A stretch of 64,000 nucleotides of DNA from assembly GCA_963693365.1 (NCBI GenBank), contig CAVNZM010000012.1, positions 9,056,001-9,120,000 on the forward strand. Direction: 5' to 3'. Numbering within the stretch: position 1 is the first letter of the stretch; every line of letters starts with the position of its first letter. Positions 1 to 23,784 of the stretch are shown piece after piece. The notes beneath the pieces are model-generated. The model was not told where the DNA came from, made no database searches, and saw only the letters and a list, made by a program, of their open reading frames with translations. This DNA is from Amoebidium appalachense (Eukaryota; Protista; Ichthyosporea). The position numbers and the translations under genes were made by a program.

Positions 1-82
1 TATCGTCGAGTGTCCCGGGGGGGAGGCCCTTTTGGGGGCCCAGTGTCCGAGCATTCCAGAAGAAGAAGGATAAATTAGGCAT
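1..82 (-). CDS. LINE ORF2 N-terminus (APE-like endonuclease), runs off the window
   Basis: ATG at 82-80 opens MPNLSFFFWNARTLGPQKGLPPGTLDD. The hydrophobic-WN-x-R-x-L start is typical of APE/EEP endonuclease domains of LINE ORF2. It overlaps the ORF1 stop (ATGCCTAA). Confidence 0.75.
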   Translation of the reverse strand, partial: MPNLSFFFWNARTLGPQKGLPPGTLDD

Positions 83-1259
83 CGGTTTGGTCCGACACCT
101 GTGGGGTTGGTTCCCACTTGTCGCTTACGGGGTCGTATGCACGACCTTCCGCCAGCGCGAACAGTTCGCAGAAGAGCTCGATTTCCATCTCGCATCGGCG
201 TTTGCGCTCGAGCAGTTTCTCACCAGAAAACATTGGTTCCTTCGTGTCCGTGTCTATCACGCTCGTAGCATCGTTTTCCAACTTTGCGAGGAACTCTTTT
301 GCCTTGCTGATGCGTACACGACAACGTGTGGCGCACGCATTCTTAGCAGACACTTTACGTTCTTTGTCTGCTTTCTGAATGTTTTCCGGCGCGCATGGGT
401 CGTAGCTTGGGAGGTGGGTGAAGAAGCTTCCACACCCCTTTGTCGCGTCACGGATGAACGCACGGTTATAGTCGCCCCGTACTGCTACTTCCAGCACATC
501 GTATCCAATGAAGGACAGACAAAGGATGCGAGAGCACCGGAAGCCGAGAGCCTTGAAGATGGACCACATGGCCCTGTGTGGGCGTCTGCCGTGCTTGACT
601 TTGAAATACACCCTCTCGTATTTGGGTGGGATGTTGATGTTACCGTTTGCTTGGGTGTTCCCCTTAGCCGGCGGTTTGGGAGGGGAGTTGCGGCGGTACT
701 CGTTGCCTGCAAGAATGCTGGCATATGTTTCCTTGGCAATTTGGCGGAGCTCGGGTGTTTTACGAGAGTTCGCATATTCTAGGAACTCTGCCGGGAGCTG
801 TGCTTCCGGTCCTGTGTTGTTTTGTGTTGGGGTGGAAATGTCTCCGTCGCGAGATGTTTGCTCATGAGTTTTGGGGTTTTGCGATCCACTAATGTTTAGC
901 TGGGCTGTGAGTGAATCAATGGTGAGCTTGAGTTGGGTATTTTCTGTTTGGAGTTTTTCTATCATGTTCTTGAGTGGTAACAGCTCATTTAGCTGTTTCT
1001 TAACGAGGGCAAGTTCTGCCAGTACTGTATCAACCGAAAGTTTCGGCATGGTTGTTATTGTGTTTCTACGGAGTGGTGTGGTGTTATTCTGAATGGGTAG
1101 TGTATTGTAAATAGGTGTTGCGCTTAGTCTAAGGCGATGTTTTTCTGGTTGTGCATCTGTGGTAGGTGTATCTGCTGGACGTTTTAATGGTCGCACATGT
1201 GTGATGGGTGTAGATGGAACTTTGAAAGAGGTTCTGAAACGATTATAGGCATGTGCCAT
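75..1259 (-). CDS. Non-LTR retrotransposon (L1/Tx1-like LINE) ORF1 protein
   Basis: Intronless 394-aa ORF (the true start may be the MPKLS Met at 1049). It has an N-terminal coiled coil (LAELALVKKQLNELLPLKNMIEKLQTENTQLKLTIDSLTAQL), a TYASIL motif and an RRM-like block (FKALGFRCSRILCLSFIGYDVLEVAVRGDY) resembling ORF1 of fungal/protist L1-like elements. An APE-type ORF2 start follows immediately. Confidence 0.8.
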   Translation of the reverse strand: MAHAYNRFRTSFKVPSTPITHVRPLKRPADTPTTDAQPEKHRLRLSATPIYNTLPIQNNTTPLRRNTITTMPKLSVDTVLAELALVKKQLNELLPLKNMIEKLQTENTQLKLTIDSLTAQLNISGSQNPKTHEQTSRDGDISTPTQNNTGPEAQLPAEFLEYANSRKTPELRQIAKETYASILAGNEYRRNSPPKPPAKGNTQANGNINIPPKYERVYFKVKHGRRPHRAMWSIFKALGFRCSRILCLSFIGYDVLEVAVRGDYNRAFIRDATKGCGSFFTHLPSYDPCAPENIQKADKERKVSAKNACATRCRVRISKAKEFLAKLENDATSVIDTDTKEPMFSGEKLLERKRRCEMEIELFCELFALAEGRAYDPVSDKWEPTPQVSDQTDA

Positions 1260-1364
1260 GACATGGATGGGGGTGTTCCCCGGCCCTTAGGGCCACGGAT
1301 GGCCTGGTTTAGGGGTGGATGCGCGAAGGATACTATTTATTAGCAGATAATAAAAAGCGACATT

Positions 1365-1443
1365 TGAATCGATGTGTGCGACTGAATCGATGTGTGCGAC
1401 TGAAAAGATGTGTGCGACTGAAAAGATGTGTGCGACTGAAAAG
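1365..1443. repeat. 18-bp tandem repeat TGAA(TC/AA)GATGTGTGCGAC x about 4.4
   Basis: Units start at 1365, 1383, 1401, 1419 and 1437 (partial), upstream of LINE ORF1. Confidence 0.9.
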
Positions 1444-2944
1444 CATACCTCAGTCACACTTCTCCTTATTTTGGTATCAACGTGCCACCACACATGTCAC
1501 CTCTTTCTCCAGCTGAACACCCCTCCTTCTCCCCCCCCCCCCTCCCCCCCCTCTCCCCCTTCCCCCGCCCACACACGCGCACATCACAAACACAAAACAC
1601 ACATGTACACAAGGCCCACCGTCCCCTCCGCGCTGGATCCGGACGGCTAGTGCGGGACCGGTGCCCTCCCGCCAAAGAGACGCATGCATACACTGACATT
1701 GAGACACCTCTCCACATGTCCCTCTGGGCGCCTCTTCCATCCCTCCCCTCTCTCCTTCGGCGTCCCCGCCCCCCCCCCCCCCCCCCCCCCCCCCCCGCCG
1801 CCGCCCTAGGCCCCCCTCCTCCTCTCCTCCCCCTCCCCCCCCCCCCCACCTCCTTCCCCCGACCTCGACCCCTACCCACGGCTTGGCACAGTACATATGT
1901 ACTCTATTCCTATAGTTCGTGTAAGGGCAGCCCGAGGGTATAATCGAAATGAAGGTCTCCAGTCGGTACTTCTCGACATGACCTCTCAAATTTGTGTCAC
2001 ATAAATTTCCGTCAGTTCGGATTAGACAACTTCATATTTGCTTTTAATAAACATACAGGTGAATGTGCGGGCTCCTTGGTCAGAACTTGAACTGTGTATT
2101 CGCCATATATGGACACTTTAGATAAAAGCCCACTATGTCATGGTCGCTATCGTCCATGTCGGCATTTCTCCAGAAATATTACTTAACATGGTACTGTAAT
2201 TCTGCAATTTCAAAAAAGGTGTAGCCAAAGCCACTGTAACGCAAGTGACGTAACCAGTACCTCATATTTAACATGCAGCGTCACAACGAGATATGTCAAT
2301 ATCGACTTAGGTATTAAGTTCTAAAGGTTACGCTGAGAGGGGAGAGTCAGACTCGAGAGCTATCAGGCATTTCTACGGAAAGGGTCGCCCGCAACTTGTA
2401 GATATATGCAAATCATTGATATCAATGATATGCGACCTGCGGGGGACCCCTTATAATAGAAATAGCTCGAGAACTTAATGATTATGGGGGAGTAATCCAA
2501 ATCTGGAGTTACTGTGTATGTAGCAAACCCAACACTCTAAAAAATATAAATATCGAAAATTCGCAGTTTTTGGCTTGTCGTCACAAAGCTGCAAGGCCAG
2601 CAGGTTATAATTAACAAGTATAGTTGCACGTCTGACCATAATTGGAAGTTCAATTGTATATGGAAAGTGTTACAACTGCATGCCGTGGTCGTCACATTAC
2701 AATCTATGCCAAGAGATGAAGTATCGTGAGTGTGCACACGTATGAGCAAATGCAAGGCACACCATCCGCATGTGTCCAGATCTCATACTTACCATATATG
2801 GTATGAGTGTGTGTATAGCCAATAGGAAGCGTTTGTCATAATAGTGTCATGCAGTTACAAACAGACTAATGTCTTTTTGTAGACCAGTCACACTTCCAAC
2901 CAGGCCCTCCTCCGCCCCGCTCCGCTTCTCTCCCTTCTTCCTCC

Positions 2945-2993
<49 letters not shown>

Positions 2994-3897
2994 ACACACG
3001 TGGGGACGACCATCATCATCTGCTCTGATTACCACAAGACTCTGCCTACATCCCCTCAAAACCGTAGAACGGTTTGCACGAACTCACACTGTATTTCGCA
3101 CTATAGCGTAGCCTATAGGCATATATATTCACCCGTACGTCATCGAGTTTCACGAAGACTTATAAATGCCTTTATTGTTGAAGCGAATAAGATTAAATAT
3201 TAATTTATCGTGGCATCAAGGCCCGGAGAAAGGTGACTGTGACTTAGTACACACTAACAAAACGACATGTTGATGCAACATGTACGGGGGAATTACTCTG
3301 ATATAGTAAATATTATTGCACACCAAGTTGCAAAAAAAAAGACACAACACCAATTGAAAGCTTACAGTAAGGACTCAGTTAACACTAAAAAGTAATACGC
3401 TGCCATTATGATATAGCATATGTATACTAGTATACAGTTACCATATCTGAATCTACAGGGCCCCGGCCTCTTATGCAGCCATTGTAGCGATAAGAAATCG
3501 AACTTAGTAACAGCACTACAACATTATTAAGTACCTATATACGACAATCAACATATACATTAAAAAGGAATCCGACCTACACTCAGGTAACACAATTGCA
3601 AACGGTTTATAGTTACTGTGCAGAGGCAGTCCGACAGTGATCGGTGTGGCGGTGGTAAAAACACCGAATCACTAATCCATATGACCGTTGCAGTATGTGT
3701 GCAATTTGCACTTGCATGTGAATTTGGTGCCAGCAAGTTGTGTCTCATGCCTTACGGTATGGGTGTGTGTCGTGTGTGTGCGCGCGCACAAACGCGTGTG
3801 TGTGCGCGCGTGTTTGTATGATGCGTCTGAGTGTGTGTATGTGTGTGCGTGTGCATGTGTGTATGCTTTGCGTGCATGTACATATGTGCACGAGCAC

Positions 3898-4037
3898 CTA
3901 TGCGCCATTTACATTCAGATATGCAAGATATTGGCGCCAGTATGATGGTGGCCCGGCCCAGGCGTCATCGACCAGGGTGCGGTCGGTGGGATAAAAATAG
4001 CGCTGCCCGTAGCCCTGCGCCACCACAGCCTCGTTGG
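3898..4037 (-). CDS. Putative terminal exon of an unidentified gene
   Basis: Acceptor tttgcag, then an open frame NEAVVAQGYGQRYFYPTDRTLVDDAWAGPPSYWRQYLAYLNVNGA*. Upstream exons (candidates at about 4270-4470) are unresolved. Confidence 0.35.
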
Positions 4038-5144
4038 CTGCAAATGCAGCACTGGCCCTGTGCCCAAATATAGTAAGTGCCTTATATGGAAAGTCCCTTT
4101 CATGGTATATAGCGTGAATGGTTACACAGTATGCCCTTATGATAAAAATTTCCTTTTGGTAGTGTGGTTCGGTTTTACCATGAGTGCTGGCATATCAGCA
4201 TATTCTTTTGTTGTGACCCCATGAAAGTATATGTGTCCCGATTATTCCTGATAACAGTATCATCCACTAAGTTTGTGCGTGTGCGGCATTGAGATTTCGA
4301 TGGAGTAGGTGGACAAATATGCAGCTGGGGACAGGACGGGAGGCCGGTGGTGTGTGATTGGGGGGTAGTTGTGGCTGTGGCTGGGGTGGGAAGGAGGGTA
4401 GGGAGAAAAAAAGCAGGGAGGGACAGTAGGGACCATCAGGCAACACAAACATCATCGGGCCACGTGCCACTGGCACACAGGCACAAACAATAAAACACAT
4501 GTACAACACATGAGCATGCATACACGCACACAAACACCTACCACCTGGGGATGCCTGCACACACGTGCACAGACACACGCATCCCAAGACACATAAGCAG
4601 ACGTTTACCGTAATGTCATCAATACGCACGACACCTCAGTGGAGGGGGGGGGGGGGGGGAGGGGGATGTGGGGAGGGTGAGGGTGTGGGGGGTGCAGGGG
4701 CTACAGCTTCTATCAGCTCTCTGATCTTTTTTGTGCTTTGCTCCCCTCTCTCCCTTCCCCTCCTCACCCACCCCGTGCTACCCCCCCCCCCCCCCCCCCC
4801 CCCCCACAAAAAAAAGAAAGAAAAGCAAAGAATACATCCCCCCCCCCCCCTCCCCCCCCCCTCTCCTCTTTCCCACCTTTCCTCTCCCTCCTGCCCTTCC
4901 TCCCGTCTCCGGTCCCCCCCCCCCCTCCCCCCCCCCCCCCCCCCTTCCCCCCGCTTCCCCCTTTTCCTCACCCTTCCCTCCCATCCAGTCCCCTGCCCCT
5001 GCCATCCCCCTCCCCTCCCTCTCATTTCCCTTCCACGCCCTTCCCCTCCTCCCCCCTCCCCTCCCCCCTGCAACCCCCTACCCACCCCCTCCCCTCTCCC
5101 TCCCTCCCCTCCCATCCCCCCCCCAGATCCCCCCCCCACCCCCC

Positions 5145-7787
5145 CAGAGATGCAGTAGGGCCGATTGTTGTCCCCCCAGCAGCAGAGACCACGGCAAACT
5201 GAATCTGATTGGCTAGCACGTGCACACACGTGATTGGCTAATTGTCATCTGAGGACGCACTTGGGCCCACTTGTATGAAATGTTCCTGCTATCGCTTTTG
5301 TTCGGTTAAGTTTGCTGGCTGCTTAGCTTTGATACATAGGTTAGTGCATGGCCATATGTCCCTATCGAATTTAGGGAATTAGGATGTACAAGTGTGGTGT
5401 GCATAAGTTACACTTTTATTGCGTTTTGGCGTGAAGGCTAGACGCAGAATGGAGGCATGGGGCAACCATACTATTGCCAATCAGATGTACGGTTTATATT
5501 GGAGGAATAACCATATATGGGAATATATAGTGTGCAAAAATGTTTGACGCACCACTGCATGGTGTTTGTGGTTTTGCATCCTGTGTTAGTGTGCGCCTTA
5601 AGCATAATGTGCGTGTACGTGTGTGTGTGTGTGTAGTGCGTGCTCGCATGATGTTTATGCACGTGTTGTCGGTGTATGAGTTGAAATGCTCAAGTAAATG
5701 TTGTTTGTCTTAGAACTGCATATTTCTTTTTACCATATTAATTAACCACATCATGATACAAAACTGCGGTCTTCCACCACGGGCACAAGTACATACACGC
5801 ACGCACGCACGCCCGCACGCCCGCACGCATGCACGCACGCGCACATAACACACACACACACACATACACATTTATTCACACACACACACGCACGCACGCA
5901 TGCATTCACACACACACAGTGATAGCAGATGTGTTGAACTACAATCAATTTCAATCTATCATGTCACCTATAGCCTAACTCCACACATTATTTGCCAATC
6001 CAACTAGCACTCAGTTCCAGTCGTAAACCCCTCACACCAACATCTCCACTGCAGGCTCCACGACCCTCTTAGCGAAGAACATGGCCACCCCCCTCTGATA
6101 TGATGCCGTGTGCGCAAGTTCAAACCCCTCCTCTGCCTTCCTGCCTATCGCCTCCCCAATCTCCTCCCCGACCGAACAGAACTCATACGCTATGTCCACA
6201 ATGCGAGGTTCGGTGCTAGTTCTCTGCTTGGGTGTTGGGGAGAAGGGACGGCCCATGATAACGAGCAACACGGAGGGGCTGCGGTCAAACAGACCCAGCT
6301 CAATGCCGACCGAGGAACGATGCACGGAAGATGCATGCAGCAAGTGTGTGAATCCGTCAGCCACACACCCACGCAGCCACAACACAAGCGCGGGGCTGGA
6401 CTGAAACTTGTTGAGACGGTGGGCAGAACAGAGCGTGCGTTCGAAGACGACAGGTGTGGGGTGGGGGGTGGGTGCGTGGAAGAGCAGGCCGAGATATGTG
6501 TTCGAGGGGAAGACCGAGTACAGCGTCAGGCCCTCGGACGCACGTGTTGTGATCTCTTCGTGGAGGGCCATGAGCGTGCGTGCACGTGTAAACACCACCC
6601 CCTTGCCTGGGCCCATGGGCACTGGGTCTCTCAGCGCAGCCGCCATGGTGTCTAGGCCGTAGAACTCTGCCTCAATGCGAAGTCTTCTTCGTTGCTCCTT
6701 CCCCATGGGAAGCACCTCTGTGTTTCCGGCGGTGCGAAGATAATCGAGCACGTGGCCAAACAGGTCGCCGCTGCGGTCAATAAACACGTGGCCCTGCTCG
6801 TCTGTAGCAACGGGTGTGCGCCCACTGAACATGGCCGCAAGCATTGAGCTGCTGTCGGTGAGGAGGGTTGTGCGGGTGGTCTGGAACACACGACCACCCA
6901 CGTTGAGGGTGATCACCTTGTCCATTCTTCCGATCGAATTCGTTCCTGTGTGCATGCACTGTGTCACCGCTAGCGCTACAGCCTGCCAGGTGACTAAACT
7001 AACAGCCCCCTGATTCAGCTGGCGTTTATACAGCTTATTATATCGATTTTCCTTGCAATATTCCACCATTGTGTTTGAAGCAAACATATGTTAGAACATA
7101 AACAATTTTCCGTGTGCCGACTAACATATAGCAACAAAACGATGTAAAGGGCAGGCATGTGCGCCGCATTCCAGATCTATTCGTGAGCCACCTTCCCAGC
7201 ATCTGATTGGTCACTTAACCTCAGCCAATCATTCTCGCGAATAAAATCCACATAGATCTGACACTGCAGACTCGTACACGTGGCAGCCTTGAGCCTTGCC
7301 GTGATCCTGTTTGCATGCCGTGTGTGTTTGGCCGTGGTTTCAATTGTTGCTGCCAGCAGGTGAGGCAAGCATCAGACCTCCGCTGACATTCATGGCATGT
7401 GCGGTTCACAGCTACTGGACACCGAAAGCTTGTGACCGCTGAATATCAGCGCCGCCCGCAGCCGGCCGGCCGAGAAATAGCCCGTGCACGGTACTGTAGC
7501 AGCCTGCAGGTCAATCACAGAATTCCTAATAGCAACATTCCAGCTTTTTTTTGTTGTTTTTACAAACATTTGGAGGGGTTTTCTTCTTCTTCTTCTTTGT
7601 TAGACCTGTTAGACCAATTACCCCGTTTTACCTCACGGCTTTTAAACCCTGACACCTGGCCCTACATATTTCCCCAGGCGGAATGATCATGAGGCTGCAT
7701 GTCGATTGAATTTGCTGAAGGGATTCGTGTTTGTGTGCGTGTGTGCGTGCGTGCGTGTGCATGCGTGCGTGCGTGCGTGTGTGTGTA

Positions 7788-7826
<39 letters not shown>

Positions 7827-8110
7827 TTGTGTTTGTGTTTGTGTGTGTGTGTGTCTGTGTTCGTGTGTGCGTTTTTGCCTGTACACGTGTGGTTGTGCGA
7901 GCGTGTGTGTGTGCGTGTGCAGGGTGTTCTTCAACAGTGCGTGTGTGCATTTCTGTGTGTGTGCGTGTGCGTGTGTGTGCGCGCGTGTATATACGTGTGT
8001 GCAAGCCGTGTTCTTCAATACCGTGTGTTTGTGCGTGTGTGCATGCGTGCGTGTCACGGCGCGTGTGTGCGTTTGTGTCTGTGTGCAGGCCGTATTCTTC
8101 AATAGTGTGT
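5145..8110. repeat. Left arm of a large inverted duplication (partner 43530-46135)
   Basis: Reverse-complement matches at 5145-5310/45970-46135, 5370-5700/45560-45900, the KCTD CDS, 7150-7260/44070-44190, 7630-7685/43655-43715 and 8083-8100/43540-43558. Confidence 0.9.
6032..6925 (-). CDS. BTB/POZ (KCTD/T1-type) domain protein, copy A, 297 aa, intronless
   Basis: VITLNVGGRVFQTTRTTL...SMLAAMFSGR...FIDRSGDLFGHVLDYLR...EAEFYGL is a classic KCTD BTB. The start is set at the MDKVI Met shared with the paralogue; sequence upstream of it is not conserved between copies. Confidence 0.9.
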   Translation of the reverse strand: MDKVITLNVGGRVFQTTRTTLLTDSSSMLAAMFSGRTPVATDEQGHVFIDRSGDLFGHVLDYLRTAGNTEVLPMGKEQRRRLRIEAEFYGLDTMAAALRDPVPMGPGKGVVFTRARTLMALHEEITTRASEGLTLYSVFPSNTYLGLLFHAPTPHPTPVVFERTLCSAHRLNKFQSSPALVLWLRGCVADGFTHLLHASSVHRSSVGIELGLFDRSPSVLLVIMGRPFSPTPKQRTSTEPRIVDIAYEFCSVGEEIGEAIGRKAEEGFELAHTASYQRGVAMFFAKRVVEPAVEMLV

Positions 8111-8692
8111 GTGTGCCTGGCCATGGGCGTGTGTGCGTACGTGTACTTGCGTGCGTGCGTGCGCGCGTGCGCGCGCGCGTGTGTGCATGCGTGCGTGCGT
8201 GTGTGTTGTGCGTGTGTGTTGTGTGTGTGTGTGTGTATATCGTGTGACTCTAGGTCTAACACGGCCATTCACCCTGTTATAATCAATTATCTCTAAATGG
8301 ATGATAGAGTTTTGGGTATCCCCCGATGTGTGTGAGCATGCACTGCCATGCACACTCCCTCCCAAGCAAATGCACATGCACGTGCTTTTTCAACACATTC
8401 ACTGAGAACATACTACACCCACACACCCACTGCAATTCAAACACTAAGCCACCCTCCTCCCCTTCCCACCTGAACTACAGCTTCCACCCCCCCCCCCCCC
8501 CCTTCCCCTCCCAATCCCCTCCCCCCCCCCCCCCCCCCCCCTTCCCCCCGCCCCTAAAACAAAAAAAAAACTTCCACCTGCACCACATTAGTATACGTGC
8601 ACAGGGGCTAGGGTGCCCCCCCGGGGGGAGGGGGGGGGGGGGGGGGGAATGGGTAAAATAAGATAATGAACCCTAGGACCAAGGAACCTTAA

Positions 8693-8966
8693 ACCAACCT
8701 CCGTATCTACCATTTTAAGCCCGATCGAGGTTGATCCGATCGAGGATTTCAAATGGCCTGCCGCGGCTTGTGAATCTCTCGAATCTATCGATCATAAATA
8801 CGCAATCGAGGGTGTGACGTAAAAAGAGGCCCAGATGACGTCACACCCTTGATTGTGTAAATGTAATCGATAGATTCGAGAGATTCACAAGCCGCACCAG
8901 GCCCATATAATAACCTCGATCAGATCAACCTCGATCGGGTCTCAAATGGTAGATACGGACCTTGCT
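8693..8966. mobile_element. Foldback MITE flanked by TTAA (Kolobok/piggyBac-type target site)
   Basis: Imperfect inverted arms of about 125 bp (TCCGTATCTACCATTT...GAGGGTGTGACGT / ACGTCACACCCTT...AAATGGTAGATACGGA) around a short spacer. TTAA lies at 8689-8692 and 8967-8970. Confidence 0.8.
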
Positions 8967-9575
8967 TTAACATTCTAGACCCCGCTACCCACAGTATTAT
9001 ATTTGCCTGGTATCTCAAAAGTGAGTGACCCCTTATAAGTGGCTGGTGTTCTTAAGGTGGACGGTATCTCTATCATTGTAAGTGTGCAGGCTTCAAGTTG
9101 GTAAATGTTACTGGCAATGTGTTTGATGGTGTCCGAGGTGCAACCGTGGACTGAACCGCAAAAAAACAGAAACTCTTCAGTGCTCATGAACGGTACCCAC
9201 TCAGACACTGTGCAGCCTTAACACAGATAGCTGCTCGATGTGTTCAAGTATTGTACTCCTCAGATCACACGCCAAATAGCTAGCGTTGGATCCAGGGAAG
9301 TCCCGGAGAGCTTGCATACATATATATTAGTTAAATGTACAAATATTATTTCACCACATGTAGGGGAAATGTGCCGACCTGCATGATGCTGTCATCAGGT
9401 GCCGGCCCCAGGCCAACATTTTGCCATTCTCAAGCCTTACTGAAAGGCACCTGTGCCTTTTGTGCCAGTATTGATTCCATAAGCATAAAACCAACACCCT
9501 GCCACACCATGACACTGCCAAAGTGTTACCACGCACAGTTCTACAGTACACCATACCCACACAAAACCGTGCCTG

Positions 9576-9614
<39 letters not shown>

Positions 9615-9862
9615 TTTCCTCCCGTGTGTGTGTGTGCGCACACACACAAACACACACACACACACACACAGGCCTATCCATCGACCCACACAATCAACAA
9701 CCACCACCACCATCCTACAAGAATGATACCACATTCGCCGCAAATACTAAACACATTTATACGCATTCAACTCAAAAGTCCTAACTCGTCATTCGCACCC
9801 AAAAACATTTAAGCAGCAACACCAACGAACCACTATTGCACTAAGGCCATTGGTATATTTGG

Positions 9863-22156
<12,294 letters not shown>

Positions 22157-22539
22157 GGTGCACGTGCACACGTGCACACAGGCGGGCTGCTGCTGGCTGC
22201 TGTGTGCTCGTGCTGTTGGCTCAAGCACGTGCAGCCTAGGAGCCCGTGTGCCTCTGTGTAGCCAACTACCGACCTTACAACTATTAGTGCTCTTTAGGAC
22301 CCTACCGAACTAAACAATAGTAGTGCTCTGAGACTACCAATGTGGAAGGTGCTTTGTAGGTGACCAGTGGCCTAACCACAACAGGGGCAAGGAGCGAACT
22401 ACAAGCGCTAATACTGGCCCTAGTATATGCACTGCAGCTTTAATCATACACACCGGTGAAGCTTCTGTTCTGAAAACGAATGCTGCAGCTTTATAATCCA
22501 CACAAATAAAAAACATGGCGGGCACTCTTTTGCACTTGA

Positions 22540-22705
22540 CTCATACCAAAACCTCCGAGCGATCTCTGCCAGTTCAGATATCGATGCAGAGCCCAAGGGT
22601 TGGCGCCAAATTCCGATTTTGCGCAAAACAAGAACGGCCCACCATCCATGGCGAGTTGAAGAAAGAGAGAGTAGAGTCCAGCGGGAGGTTTTTCGCGCCA
22701 AAAAA
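22540..22705 (-). promoter_or_regulatory. Putative promoter/first non-coding exon of the PZP gene with E2F-like sites
   Basis: TTGGCGCCAAA at 22600-22610 and TTTCGCGCCA at 22691-22700 in a CpG-rich patch about 450 bp upstream of the ATG; candidate donor gtatga near 22546. Confidence 0.4.
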
Positions 22706-23459
22706 AAAGTTTTTATAAAACAATAAAAAAAAGTAGGAATAAAGCTATGTATCAAAATAAATGCATGTCGCCATGGCACCGACCTAGTGAACCCTGTGGT
22801 GTCAGTATTTGCACGCTTGGCCAGCCCATGTCACACCTGAGGAAGGAAGTGGAGACAGGGGAAAAAAAGCAGGGGGTTGGGTAGAAAGGGCGGGGTGGGT
22901 TTCACACGTACTGACGGTGTGCACGCGCTGCGATGAACTTTACGTTCGCTGACACTCTCGCGACCGCGTGCATGCTTTCTGTCGCGGCGCCTCGACGGTT
23001 CGATAGAGTCCAGTGTTCGCTGAATGTGTAAGGAAAAATAAGGAGCCATCTCAGTAGGTGGCAGGGGGTGGGTGGAAAGAGGAGGAGGAGGCCGGAGGAG
23101 TTTGTCGGGGGGGGGGGGGGGGGGAGGGGGGGAGGGGGGGGGAAGGGGGGGGGGGGGGGGGGGGGGGGGAGATAGATTAGGGGCGGTGATGTGTGAGACA
23201 AATGACGTTGTTCTTCTGGTTTCCGGCGTCAGTGAAATGATTAGCCAGCCCGAGTGCCCATGGCCGTGGCTAGATCTAAGATTGACCCTTCTACGTACCC
23301 TGCATTCCAACCCATACATCTTCCACTGTTTATCAGCCAGAATTATGTATTTTGAGCCAATCCAGAGTTGGTAATGTGGTACGTCAACAAAACGTGGTAG
23401 AAATCAGCGGGATTACGCATGGCCATCCCTTGGGGACCGCGTCCAGTCAAGTAGATCTG

Positions 23460-23784
23460 ACCATGTGGCAAAAAACTTAGCAACAGTGGTCAGGAAAAAA
23501 TAGCACATTTACAAGTAGCACTTGAAGCTTACACAACACTGAAACTGTACTAGTCCTCCGGGAGAACGTATATGCATGGTGTAACACACTGCAGCACACG
23601 CACAAATGCAAACACTCGTAACTTAACCATGTGGCAAAAAACTTAGCAACAGTGGTCAGGAAAGGTTTAGGGTTAGGGTTTAGGGTTACACAACACTGAA
23701 ACTGTACTAGTCCTCCGGCAAAACGTATATGCACGGTGTAACACACTGCGGCACACGCACAAATGCAAACACGCGTAACTTAAC
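23460..23784. repeat. Tandem duplication of about 160 bp; second copy carries telomere-like TT(T)AGGG repeats
   Basis: ACCATGTGGCAAAAAACTTAGCAACAGTGGTCAGGAAA at 23460 and 23626; GGTTTAGGGTTAGGGTTTAGGGTTA at 23664-23688. Confidence 0.85.

Larger units (their letters stand above)
1..1445 (-). mobile_element. 5' portion of an L1/Tx1-like non-LTR retrotransposon
   Basis: ORF1, the ORF2 start and upstream 18-bp tandem monomers. The exact 5' boundary is not determined. Confidence 0.75.

Noticed and set aside
87-867. Plus-strand ORFs (231 aa and others) opposite LINE ORF1
   Set aside because: Antisense shadows with no recognisable motifs.
2220-2530. Possible decayed retroelement C-terminus (RHNEIC-like), and similar AT-rich patches at 12520-12860, 22900-23370 and 54360-54900
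   Set aside because: Only short motif resemblances broken by stops; cannot be supported without a search.
6926-7087. N-terminal extensions of the KCTD ORFs (also 44281-44391)
   Set aside because: Not conserved between the two paralogues; the shared MDKVI Met is the likelier start.
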